A DNA stretch of 64,000 nt, from positions 64,001 to 128,000 of the forward strand of contig JBCCHT010000013.1 of the NCBI GenBank assembly GCA_039028615.1, read 5' to 3'. This document shows positions 55,681 to 64,000 of this stretch, piece after piece. The DNA comes from Myxococcota bacterium. GTDB taxonomy: Bacteria > Myxococcota_A > Polyangia > Nannocystales > Nannocystaceae. A model generated the notes under the pieces. That model was given only the letters and a program-made list of their open reading frames with translations. It did no database searches and had not been told where the DNA came from. A program made the translations under genes and the position numbers. Each line of letters opens with the position of its first letter. Position 1 is the first letter of the stretch.

Positions 55681-57156
55681 TCACAGAGACGGGGCTTCGA
55701 TGCGGGGCACGACGCCGTCCTCGCGGAGGGGACTCTCACCCGCGCCTTGCTCCACCCAGCCTTGCTCCTCGGCCTCGGCGGCTCGGCGGCGTTCGGCCGC
55801 TTCGGTCTTCAGGCGCTCCGCCTCGAGATCGGGCGGCCCCACCGGGCGCTGCTGGGTGAAGGTCGCGCCATGCGGGCGGCTCGAGTCGCGCACGTGCACC
55901 ACCGGGCTGCGGTCGAGATCGGACGGCAGGTAGCCGGTCCATCCCCGCGGCATCATCACGCTCGCCCACTCGAAGGCCCAGCGCGCGTCCTGGGGCGCCA
56001 GGTTCACGCAGCCGTGGCTCTTGCGGTTGCCGAATCGATCGTGCCAGTAGGCGCCGTGCAGCGCGTTGTGCCCCTGGAAGAGCAACACCCACGGCACGCC
56101 CTGCACCATGTAGGGCTTGTCCTCGTAGTCTTGGTTGCCCATGTCCATGCTCGCCACCTTGGCCCACACCGGGTAGTTGCCCAGCGGGGTGGGGGAGCCG
56201 CGGCCGCTCGAGATCAGGGTGGCGAACTGGGGGGTCGAGCCGAGATAGGCCACGAGCACTTGCTCGCCCACGTCGACGTCGAACCACTGCGTGCTGCCCG
56301 TGGTCGTGGTGCGGAACTCGGAGAGCACGCCCTTGGGGGGCTCGGTGATGTGCACCTCGTTGAGAGCGTCGGCCTCGATCCACTCGCCCTCGCCCACGCG
56401 CCACCACAGCGGGCGGATGGACTCGCTATCGGCCTCGAATAGGGGCACGCGCTCGCGCAGGTCTACGGTGCGCACGACCTCGGCCCCGCGATCCGGCGCG
56501 GCGCGGACCGGGGTCTTCTTCTTGCGTACCCAGGCAAACAGGGCGCCGGGGCGATGGGCGTCGATGTCCACGCCGCCCCAGGCCGACCCCTGGCCCATGA
56601 AGCCCACGCCGTCGCGGGGCACGAGCTTGCCCGCCGCCGTCTGCACGAAGCGGCGATCGCCGATGTCCACGCTGCGGGCGACTACCAGGCTCATGCCCTT
56701 GGTCAGGTTGCCCTCGGGTTGCTCGAGCTCGGCATCTTCGATGCTGGCGTAGCTGGGCGTGTCGTCGGCGCGGACCATCGCGTAGGCGTGGGGCAACCGA
56801 CGTCCCTCGGGCACGGGCAGGGCGGGCTCGGTCTCGGGGGGCAGCTCGGAGGCGCGCACGTGCTTGGAGCACACGAAGCCGAAGGGCCACACCGCGTACC
56901 AGGGCTTGCCGCTGCAGCCTTTGTCGTCGCGACTCTCGACCTCGCCGCGCACGACCAAGCGCGTGCCCTTGGACACGGTGGCGATGCGCTTGCGGGGCAC
57001 CCAGGGCCGGCCGCGAATGACCGTCTCGCCGTAGCGGGCCTCGACGTACACCGTCTCCGAAGGCTGGATCTCGACGTCCTGCGGGGGCGCAGGCGGCTCG
57101 ACACCCGCGAAGGCGGCCACGGATTGGGCCAGGAGCATGGGGCCGAGCACGCTCAT
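55681..57156 (-). CDS. L,D-transpeptidase (YkuD family)
   Basis: ALHGAYWH...SHGCVNL catalytic motif; TPLG. Confidence 0.9.
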   Translation of the reverse strand: MSVLGPMLLAQSVAAFAGVEPPAPPQDVEIQPSETVYVEARYGETVIRGRPWVPRKRIATVSKGTRLVVRGEVESRDDKGCSGKPWYAVWPFGFVCSKHVRASELPPETEPALPVPEGRRLPHAYAMVRADDTPSYASIEDAELEQPEGNLTKGMSLVVARSVDIGDRRFVQTAAGKLVPRDGVGFMGQGSAWGGVDIDAHRPGALFAWVRKKKTPVRAAPDRGAEVVRTVDLRERVPLFEADSESIRPLWWRVGEGEWIEADALNEVHITEPPKGVLSEFRTTTTGSTQWFDVDVGEQVLVAYLGSTPQFATLISSGRGSPTPLGNYPVWAKVASMDMGNQDYEDKPYMVQGVPWVLLFQGHNALHGAYWHDRFGNRKSHGCVNLAPQDARWAFEWASVMMPRGWTGYLPSDLDRSPVVHVRDSSRPHGATFTQQRPVGPPDLEAERLKTEAAERRRAAEAEEQGWVEQGAGESPLREDGVVPRIEAPSL

Positions 57157-57216
57157 GGGAGGCACGCTACCATCGTCATCACGGGCGTTGTCTCCCATAC
57201 GTCCTCGCGGGGCGCC

Positions 57217-58866
57217 GTGTTCCGGTGGCCGGTCCTGCTGGTGGGACTGGGGATCGTCGCGTTTGCGGCGCCCTGGTGGAACATCCCGCGGGACCAGGCC
57301 GACTCGGCGGGGATGCTCGCGCATTTGCACGCATTGTTCGTCGACGCCGATCTGCTCTTCGACGACGACTACGCCAAGCTGCGCATGTCTCCGCTGTTCG
57401 CGTTCGTCACGGACGAGGGGCTGGTGTCCAACCACTGGCCGGCCGGCGCGACTTGGCTCCAGGCGCCTGGCTACGCCCTCGGCGTGGCCGCGTCCAAGGT
57501 CCTGGCCGGCCTGGGGATCGGCCGGGACGATCCGCTCGGGGTGGTGGCGGTGCTGGGCGTGCGGGCGTGGGCGATGCTCGTCCTGGCCGGGATGACGGTG
57601 TTCGTCGCTCGCTTCGCGACCGCGGGCCAGTCCGACCCCGAGACGGCCGCGGCCCGCCGCGCGGGCCTGGGCGTGGCTGCGGTGTTCGTCGTGGGGACCC
57701 CCTTGGCCTACTACGCCGCCGAATCTCCGCTACGGCCTCATTTGTGGGGCGCGGCGGTGTGTCTGGCGTTCATCGGCGTCTGGTGGAAGCGCTCACTCGG
57801 GCCACCCATGGCGCGCACCGTCGCGCTCGCGTGCCTGGCTGGCCTGGCCACGTACGTGCGCCCGCAGCTCGCCCCGATCTGGCTGCTCGTGGTGCACGAC
57901 GCGTGGGACGGCCCCGACCGCTGGCGCCGGATCGCGGTCTCGGGCATGGTCTTCGGGTTGTGGCCCGCGGCGCACCTGCGGACGCAGCTGTGGATGTACG
58001 GCGAGCAGCTGGGCGAGTACGGCGGCTCGGTCAGCCATCACACCACGTACTTTTTGACCTCGACCCATCATGGCGTGCTGCCGTGGTGCCCCGTGCTGGG
58101 GTTGGCCGCAGTGGCGCTGGGCTGGGCCGTCGTTCGTCGGCAGCGCGGGGCCTGGCTCATCGTGGGGCTGGTGCTCGTGCAGATCTGGCTGGACGGGGGC
58201 ATGCGGGCCATCGAGCCCCGCACCGTGCTCGGCACGCGCACCTGGGCGGGCGGCGTGTCCTTTGGCCCGCGCAAGCTCGTCGACGTGCTGCCGCTGCTGT
58301 TGCCGGCCGCCATCGGATTCGTGGACGAGGTCCGACGCCGCGGCTACGGGTGGGCCTTGGCCGCGATCGCGGGTCTGCTGTGCCTGCCCACCGTGCTGCT
58401 GCTGGCCTCGGCGTGGCTCGATCCCGATGCCACCACGGGCGGGATCATGACGAGCACCGAGTACGTGGCCGCGCTGCAGCGGCCCTTCGATGGCGCCGCG
58501 TGGAGCAAGGCCTGGGCGCAGCGCAGCCTCCCGGTCGCGGTGGCGTTGGTGGTGGGGGCCGGCGTCGCCGTCGTCTACCTCGGTGGTGTCGCGCTGTGGG
58601 CCTGGGGCTCGCGTCGAGGTGCCGCAGAGCCCGAGACCCGGCTTCGTTCCGCGCCCGTGGTGGCCACCATGAGCTTGCTCGTCGTGCACGGCTGGCTCGC
58701 GGTGGTGATGATGCGCAGCGACAGCGCTCGCGTGGCGCAACCCGGCCGCATGCTCGAGGCCGCCCGACGCATGACGCCGCTGCACTACGCCACGGTGCGT
58801 CGCATCGGAGCCCACCACGCGCAGCTGCGGGCCAAGCTGGGCGACGGCGCAGCACCGCCGCACTGA
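57217..58866 (+). CDS. Polytopic membrane protein, putative GT-C glycosyltransferase
   Basis: More than 10 TM helices; first loop DSAG..AHLHALFVDADL.FDDDY and NHWPAG; YVRPQ; FGPRK. Start uncertain. Confidence 0.6.
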   Translation: MFRWPVLLVGLGIVAFAAPWWNIPRDQADSAGMLAHLHALFVDADLLFDDDYAKLRMSPLFAFVTDEGLVSNHWPAGATWLQAPGYALGVAASKVLAGLGIGRDDPLGVVAVLGVRAWAMLVLAGMTVFVARFATAGQSDPETAAARRAGLGVAAVFVVGTPLAYYAAESPLRPHLWGAAVCLAFIGVWWKRSLGPPMARTVALACLAGLATYVRPQLAPIWLLVVHDAWDGPDRWRRIAVSGMVFGLWPAAHLRTQLWMYGEQLGEYGGSVSHHTTYFLTSTHHGVLPWCPVLGLAAVALGWAVVRRQRGAWLIVGLVLVQIWLDGGMRAIEPRTVLGTRTWAGGVSFGPRKLVDVLPLLLPAAIGFVDEVRRRGYGWALAAIAGLLCLPTVLLLASAWLDPDATTGGIMTSTEYVAALQRPFDGAAWSKAWAQRSLPVAVALVVGAGVAVVYLGGVALWAWGSRRGAAEPETRLRSAPVVATMSLLVVHGWLAVVMMRSDSARVAQPGRMLEAARRMTPLHYATVRRIGAHHAQLRAKLGDGAAPPH

Positions 58867-58891
58867 GCGGCTTCTCGAATCAGCGCGGGTT

Positions 58892-60475
58892 TTAGAGCAA
58901 CGGCAGCTTGGGGCGATCGTCGATGAGCGCCGCCGCCCCGCGACGGCGGGCTCGCCGGGCTTCGTCGCCGTAGACCAGCGGGCGCTCGGTGGCGGGCCGT
59001 TTCTCGAATGCCCGCACCCAGTCTCGATAGCGACCGCCCGCGTGCACGGCCTCGAGGGCAGCGTGGCCCGCCTCGGGCCCGCGCTGGGCGAGCAGGTACT
59101 CGACATGAGCCCACCGCGGCGACTGGGGCCGGATCTCCACCTTGCCCTTGAGCCCGCGACGGATCCGGCGAAGCTTGGCATCGGCCGGCTTGACGCCCAC
59201 GAAGGGCTGACCATCGAGCGGCGTGTTGCGCTTGGCCACCAACGTGGAGAACGTGAGGGTGAGTCGAGTGATGCTGGCCAGCTCGAGGGCGAAGTCGATG
59301 AGCTCGTCGACGTCGTCGTCGGTCTCGCCGGGCACCCCAATCATCTCGTAGACCTTCAGCCCGCGATAACCCCCGTGGTCGGCCACCAGTCGGGCGGCGC
59401 GGCGCAGGTCGTTGGCGTGCACCTTGCGATGCAGCATGGTCCGCAGCCGCTCGCTGATGCCGTCGGAGGCCACCGTGATCTGTCGGTAGCCACCGCGGGC
59501 GAGCTGCTCGAGCAGCTCGGGGTTGAGCCGGTCGGCGCGAAGGCTCGACACCCCGATCCCCCGGCCGTCGTCGACGATGCGCGAGACCAGCTGTGCCAAG
59601 CGAGGGTGGTCGGTGACCGCCGCCCCCACGAGTCCGACGCGCTTGGCGTGATCGGGCACCTTGGACAGGGCCAGCTCCATGTCCAGCAGTCGCATGCCGC
59701 CCGTGGTCGCGCCCCGCATCACGCAGAAGGTGCAGCGCCGTGAACAGCCGCGCTCCGGCTCGACGAGGAACATGTCGGCGAGCTCGGTATTCGGCGTGGT
59801 GATGGCCGAGTAGGCGGGCAGGTACGACTTGTCGACCTTGGCCATGAGCGGCAGTGGCTCCCACAGCCCCGGGCTCACCTCGCCCTTGATGGTGTGGGGC
59901 AGAGACGATGCGTCGTCGATGCCCGCCTCGCGGCTGCCCGCGGACAGCAGCTTGTCGATGGCCGCGGGCAGCAGCTCCTCGCCCTCGCCGAAGATCAGCA
60001 CGTCGACGAAGGGCAGCAGCAAGCTGGGGTTGGTGGTCGTCACCGGGCCGCCGGCCACGATGATCGGATCACGAGGGCCTCGCTCGGCCGCGAGCACTGG
60101 GATACCCGAGCCTTCGAGCAGGCGAATGAGCCCGCTGATCTCGAGTTCGTACGCGACGGAGACCGCGAGGATCGGATAGCTGGAGACGGCGCGGCGCCCC
60201 TCGTAGCTGAGGATGGGAATCCGCGGCTGCGGCCAGGGCAGGGCGGCCGCCTCCCACTCGTCGGGCAAGAAGGCCCGATGGGCGCCGGGGCCCTCTTCGT
60301 TGAGCTGCCGATACAGGGTCTGAAAGCCCAGGCTCGACATGCCCACCCGATAGGGGCTCGGGTAGACCATGCACACGGGCGGCGCCCCTCGGTCGAGCCC
60401 GAGCGTACCCCGCTCATGCGAAAGCCGGGTCTCGATGAGAGCCCGGCTTTGCTCGATCGTCGCTCCTGCGCCCAT
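58892..60475 (-). CDS. Radical SAM protein with N-terminal B12-binding-like domain
   Basis: RGCSRRCTFC (CxxxCxxC), GMSSLG, AGGP, SSLRAD, IGVPGET. Confidence 0.9.
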   Translation of the reverse strand: MGAGATIEQSRALIETRLSHERGTLGLDRGAPPVCMVYPSPYRVGMSSLGFQTLYRQLNEEGPGAHRAFLPDEWEAAALPWPQPRIPILSYEGRRAVSSYPILAVSVAYELEISGLIRLLEGSGIPVLAAERGPRDPIIVAGGPVTTTNPSLLLPFVDVLIFGEGEELLPAAIDKLLSAGSREAGIDDASSLPHTIKGEVSPGLWEPLPLMAKVDKSYLPAYSAITTPNTELADMFLVEPERGCSRRCTFCVMRGATTGGMRLLDMELALSKVPDHAKRVGLVGAAVTDHPRLAQLVSRIVDDGRGIGVSSLRADRLNPELLEQLARGGYRQITVASDGISERLRTMLHRKVHANDLRRAARLVADHGGYRGLKVYEMIGVPGETDDDVDELIDFALELASITRLTLTFSTLVAKRNTPLDGQPFVGVKPADAKLRRIRRGLKGKVEIRPQSPRWAHVEYLLAQRGPEAGHAALEAVHAGGRYRDWVRAFEKRPATERPLVYGDEARRARRRGAAALIDDRPKLPLL

Positions 60476-60481
60476 CGGCGC

Positions 60482-61441
60482 CTAAAAGCGCAGGGTGGCC
60501 CCTGCTCCGCCGCCGCCACGCATGAACGTGGGGCCGACGCTGGTCAGGCGCGGGCCCTTGGCGCGCGCGTTCTTGTCGCCCGCCTTCTTGTCGCGAACGT
60601 CGAGCACGATGAGCGTCGCGCCCACGACGGCCAGGACACCACCACCGATGAACAGGGCGATGCTGGCGGTGTTGGCCGCGGGCAGCCCGTTGCGGTCGAG
60701 GTTGGCGACGTCGTCGTTGCTGTAGTCACCCTCGGGGAAGCCGGTGGCACCCGGCGACGCGAGGGCGGCCAGATCGTTGGCGCGCTTGCTGGCGATGCCC
60801 AGGCTGACACCACCACCGATGAGGCCGGCGACACCGACCGCGGTGAGGGCTGCACCCGCGATGAGCTTGCCGCTCGCTCGCTTCGCGTCGTCCTCTTCGA
60901 TCTCGTCTTCGATGGCGTCCTCGCGCTCGGAGCGACGGCTTGTCAGCTCGGGCGCGTCTTGGTTGTCGTGCTCGGCGGAGACCGGAGCCGACTCGACCAC
61001 GGCGGCGGGCTCGGGCGTGGCCGCCTGCTGCTCGTCGCACTTGGACCGCTCGATCTCCAGGAGCTTCTCCTGCGCCTGCGAACGCGCCGGGTGATCGGAC
61101 ACGAGGTCGAGGAATCGCTGGAAGGAGGTCTTGGCCTTCACACAATCACCGAGCTCGAGCGCCGCCAGGCCGATGTTGTGATTGAAGATGTGAAGGGACG
61201 GCGCGTAGTTGTTGTACGCGTCCTCGAACTTGGCGAGCGCCGTGGCGGCGTCGCCGTTGTTGAGCGCGGCATCACCCTCGCCGTAGAGCTGCTTGGCCAT
61301 GTTCATCTTGTCCTCGTCGGACATCGTCGAGGGGTCCTGGACGAGGTTCGAAGCGAGCGCGGGCAAGGGGGCCAGCGCCAACGACGAGGACAGGGCGAGG
61401 GCGAGGAAACCGTGAAGAGTGGTCATGAGCTCGTGGGACAA
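60482..61441 (-). CDS. Exported TPR-domain protein with C-terminal hydrophobic segments
   Basis: Signal peptide, TPR-like helices (ALAKFEDAY, NIGLA, FQRFL), C-terminal GATLRF. Confidence 0.75.
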   Translation of the reverse strand: MSHELMTTLHGFLALALSSSLALAPLPALASNLVQDPSTMSDEDKMNMAKQLYGEGDAALNNGDAATALAKFEDAYNNYAPSLHIFNHNIGLAALELGDCVKAKTSFQRFLDLVSDHPARSQAQEKLLEIERSKCDEQQAATPEPAAVVESAPVSAEHDNQDAPELTSRRSEREDAIEDEIEEDDAKRASGKLIAGAALTAVGVAGLIGGGVSLGIASKRANDLAALASPGATGFPEGDYSNDDVANLDRNGLPAANTASIALFIGGGVLAVVGATLIVLDVRDKKAGDKNARAKGPRLTSVGPTFMRGGGGAGATLRF

Positions 61442-61515
61442 AGGGCGGAGCGAAGGATTTTCGCCTCATGCTGCACGGTCGGAAACCCGAGAGGTTCCCG
61501 ACCGCGAACAGAACG

Positions 61516-62289
61516 CTAGCCAAACGGGTTGGCCGTCGCGGTCTTCTTCTTTTTCTTTTTCTTCTTCTTTTTCTTCTTGGGCTTGGTCTTGGGCGCTTGC
61601 GTCGGAGTGGCCGCAGGGGCGGCCGGATCCGCGGTGCCGGGCGCAGCCGTACCTGGGGCGGTACCCGGAGCGGCCGTGCCGGGAGCGGCGGCGGTCCCCG
61701 GCGCTGCACCAGGAGCGGCCCCCGGAGCACCCGGAGCCGCTGCGGCACCAGGAGCAGCACCCGGAGCACCCGGTGCGGCACCAGGGGCAGCACCCGGAGC
61801 CGCGACGGCGGCACCCGGAGCGCCCGGCGTACCGGGGGCAGCCGGAGTCGCACCTGGCGTGGGCGCGGGCGGCTCGGCCGGAGCCTCTTCCGTCTTGGTG
61901 TCTTGGGCAGCCGCGGCCGGTTTTTCCGGCTCGGGCTTGGGATCATCCCCGCCGAACATCACCATGGCGGCAACCACGCCGCCGAGCACGACGATACCGC
62001 CACCGATCCCCAACGCGAGGCCCGCGGTGGAGCTCTTTTGTTGGGGGGGAGGCTGTTGGTATTGCGCTGCCTGTTGAGCAGCTGCACCGCCTGCTGCACC
62101 AGCGGCAGCAGCAGCGGCCGCGGGGTCGGCCGGAGCCGGCGCCATCACGGTACCGCCGGGAACCGGTACAGGAGCTTCGGGCTCCTCCGGTTCCTCGGGC
62201 ATGGTCGGGGTCATCGCGAGTTCGTCGACCAGCTGACCCAGCAAGTCGTCGAATGCGTCGGCGTTCTGGCCTTGTCGAGAATTACTCAC
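61516..62289 (-). CDS. Single-pass membrane protein with APGA repeats and poly-Lys tail
   Basis: GGAGGAAAGGA upstream of the GTG start; one TM helix; APG(A/T)A repeats; 12 consecutive Lys. Confidence 0.7.
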   Translation of the reverse strand: MSNSRQGQNADAFDDLLGQLVDELAMTPTMPEEPEEPEAPVPVPGGTVMAPAPADPAAAAAAAGAAGGAAAQQAAQYQQPPPQQKSSTAGLALGIGGGIVVLGGVVAAMVMFGGDDPKPEPEKPAAAAQDTKTEEAPAEPPAPTPGATPAAPGTPGAPGAAVAAPGAAPGAAPGAPGAAPGAAAAPGAPGAAPGAAPGTAAAPGTAAPGTAPGTAAPGTADPAAPAATPTQAPKTKPKKKKKKKKKKKKTATANPFG

Positions 62290-62370
62290 GGCCTAGCGTC
62301 CTTTCCTCCGGGCGTCACCGCGGGCGGAGTGTACCTTTTCGGTCTTTCGTCGGACAAGGGAAACACAGTC

Positions 62371-63474
62371 CTAGCGCACCGAGGGCATTGCCCGCGGCGA
62401 AGGGTCGGTGGTGCCTCGATCGTGGTCCGAGCCGAGGCTCGCAAGCGACCGGACCAAGGCTTCGACTCGTTGCCGAAGCTCGACCAGTCGGCGAGCCCGG
62501 CGCGGGTCGGGAGTGATTGGAGCCCGGTGAGGCGTGGCATGTTCAGCGGTCGAAGCACCCAGGGAAACCCCTCGTTCGCCGTACGTAGCACGGTCCTTGG
62601 CACGCTTTGTTCCGGGGTTGGAAGGTGGAGTTGCGTAGAGCCGATAGCGGCGCTCGTCCATGTACAGCGCCCGGCTCACCTCGAGTTGTAACGCATGCAG
62701 GCCCTCGGCTGGTCTGCCGAAACGACGCACCAGCTCGCCCCCGAGATACGGGTCGTTGAGCGTTACGCGCAGCGACGAATCGTGGCCCTGGCCCTTTTCG
62801 AGGGCGTTCATTGCGGTTTGCTCGAACCGGCGATCGCAGGCCTGGCCAGCGAGAGTGCCGAGCACCAGGTCGACGCCGACCGAGCTGGGCATGCTGTGGG
62901 CGTCCAGCAGCACGGCGAAGCCGAAGCGCTTGCGACGACGCTCGAGCAAGATTTCGAGGGCCTTCAAGTACGGCGCATGGAAGCGTTCGATCCGTTCGCG
63001 AAAGCGGGCGTAGGGAAGGGGCCCGTTCAGTAGTCGGACGTTGCCGATGGCCGCGGCCCACACGACCCCGCGCCCGGGTCGACCGGCGTCACGATCGGCC
63101 TCGGGCTCCTCGCGGGTCGGGACCACGCCGGGACTCTTGCGAGGCCGAGGCGCGGGGTGGTCGGGAACGATCCGACGAGAAACATCGTCGGCCGCACGGT
63201 TGAGATCTGCCACGAGCCGGCTGTAGATCGCGGTGACCGATGCACCGAAATGTGGGCATGAATCGTACAGTGTATGTACGTCGTAGTCCGAGTTCCGCGG
63301 GAAGTCGGCCTGAGGCTTCGGCGGGAGATCGTGCGGCCACGCCAACCCGACATGCGGGAAGCTGATCACCAACGGGGACCAGACGCGGCCGGGGGTGAAG
63401 CGCACCGGCATGCGTGCCCCGGGCGGCAAACCCAGGTCCTCGGAGGAAAGGCGCTCGTATGCAGCGTCGGTCAT
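62371..63474 (-). CDS. N-formylglutamate amidohydrolase family protein
   Basis: SFPHVG, SRLVADLNR, DAHSMPS, NDPYLGG, LQLEVSRALYMDE. Confidence 0.88.
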   Translation of the reverse strand: MTDAAYERLSSEDLGLPPGARMPVRFTPGRVWSPLVISFPHVGLAWPHDLPPKPQADFPRNSDYDVHTLYDSCPHFGASVTAIYSRLVADLNRAADDVSRRIVPDHPAPRPRKSPGVVPTREEPEADRDAGRPGRGVVWAAAIGNVRLLNGPLPYARFRERIERFHAPYLKALEILLERRRKRFGFAVLLDAHSMPSSVGVDLVLGTLAGQACDRRFEQTAMNALEKGQGHDSSLRVTLNDPYLGGELVRRFGRPAEGLHALQLEVSRALYMDERRYRLYATPPSNPGTKRAKDRATYGERGVSLGASTAEHATPHRAPITPDPRRARRLVELRQRVEALVRSLASLGSDHDRGTTDPSPRAMPSVR

Positions 63475-63731
63475 CGACGACAGAACCCGAAGAGCTTACC
63501 AGGCGTCGTCTCCAGACCCCAGAAAACGGGTGCGGAAGCGTAGGCAAATATCCTGTATTTGCCCTCAAACCCCCACCAAAATGAGCGTCTGGTCACTTTT
63601 TCTCGGAAAGACGTCGGGTTCCCGGCGTCTGAGTTTGTGGACATGGCGGGGCTCGAGTCTCTCCCGCGCGCCCCCGGTCGACTGGACCTCGACCGGGTGG
63701 GGTGAGCCCGAGCCCTAACGGAGCCTCTGAC

Positions 63732-63766
63732 GACGCCGCAGCTTCCCGCTGCGGCGTTTCTTTTTT
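63732..63766 (+). terminator. Intrinsic terminator with no convincing upstream CDS
   Basis: GACGCCGCAGC-TTCCC-GCTGCGGCGTT followed by TCTTTTTT. Confidence 0.8.
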
Positions 63767-63826
63767 GGTTCGATCTCGGCGGGGTGATCGCCGGCCGTGT
63801 CGGCCTCGAGATCGCGATTGGATTCG

Positions 63827-63869
63827 AAAAGGCGAGAGGCCCACCGCTTGGTGCGGTGAGCCTCTCGTT
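63827..63869 (-). terminator. Intrinsic terminator of the tRNA operon
   Basis: Minus strand CGAGAGGCTCACCGC-ACCAA-GCGGTGGGCCTCTCG-CCTTTT. Confidence 0.8.
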
Positions 63870-63944
63870 TGGTGACCCCACGGGGAATCGAACCCCGGTT
63901 TCTGGGATGAGAACCCAGCGTCCTAACCGCTGGACGATGGGGCC
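63870..63944 (-). tRNA. tRNA-Glu(CTC)
   Basis: GGCCCCA acceptor stem, CTGGG-TTCTCAT-CCCAG anticodon arm, GGTTCGA, CCA; 75 nt. Confidence 0.97.
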
Positions 63945-63947
63945 GTG

Positions 63948-64000
63948 TGGTTCGGGGACAAGGATTCGAACCTTGATTAACTGGACCAGAACCAGTCGTC
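63948..64000 (-). tRNA. tRNA-Gln(CTG), partial (5' end outside the window)
   Basis: ACTGG-TTCTGGT-CCAGT anticodon arm, GGTTCGAATCC, CCA. Confidence 0.92.

Noticed and set aside
121..63033. Many long antisense or alternate-frame ORFs (e.g. 2388..4817-, 9123..11048-, 16889..19351+, 22631..24643+)
   Set aside because: They are shadows of real genes, expected from high GC3 bias, and have no recognisable motifs.

Overview
High-GC DNA whose gene content points to a myxobacterium, probably Nannocystaceae-like (inference). It holds about 50 CDS and 3 tRNA genes (Thr-CGT, Glu-CTC, partial Gln-CTG). No CRISPR array, prophage or intact IS was seen. Housekeeping and envelope genes (mutS, class A PBP, alr, L,D-transpeptidase, VanW, SPOR, NlpC/P60, orphan gspD, thiS-thiG-thiE, M17 aminopeptidase) are mixed with lipoproteins and signalling genes. 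The most notable observations are: (1) a fused DUF692 (MNIO)-DUF2063 RiPP-type enzyme with no adjacent precursor peptide; (2) a gluzincin lipoprotein translationally coupled to a lipoprotein built of two 8-Cys modules with a defensin-like CxxxC...C...CxC signature; (3) an Rpn-like nuclease gene with an internal RBS+ATG, a possible intragenic antitoxin; (4) several pseudo-enzymes (signal peptidase I lacking Ser and Lys, a pseudokinase, a pseudo-receiver, a Clp ATPase with a degenerate NBD1); (5) a NadD-DUF2520 fusion; (6) a Roco-type LRR protein that stops where the GTPase domain would begin; (7) a structured, terminator-ended sRNA candidate near the tRNA-Glu/Gln pair; (8) two sigma54 promoters. 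All family calls come from motifs read by eye; no database searches were run.
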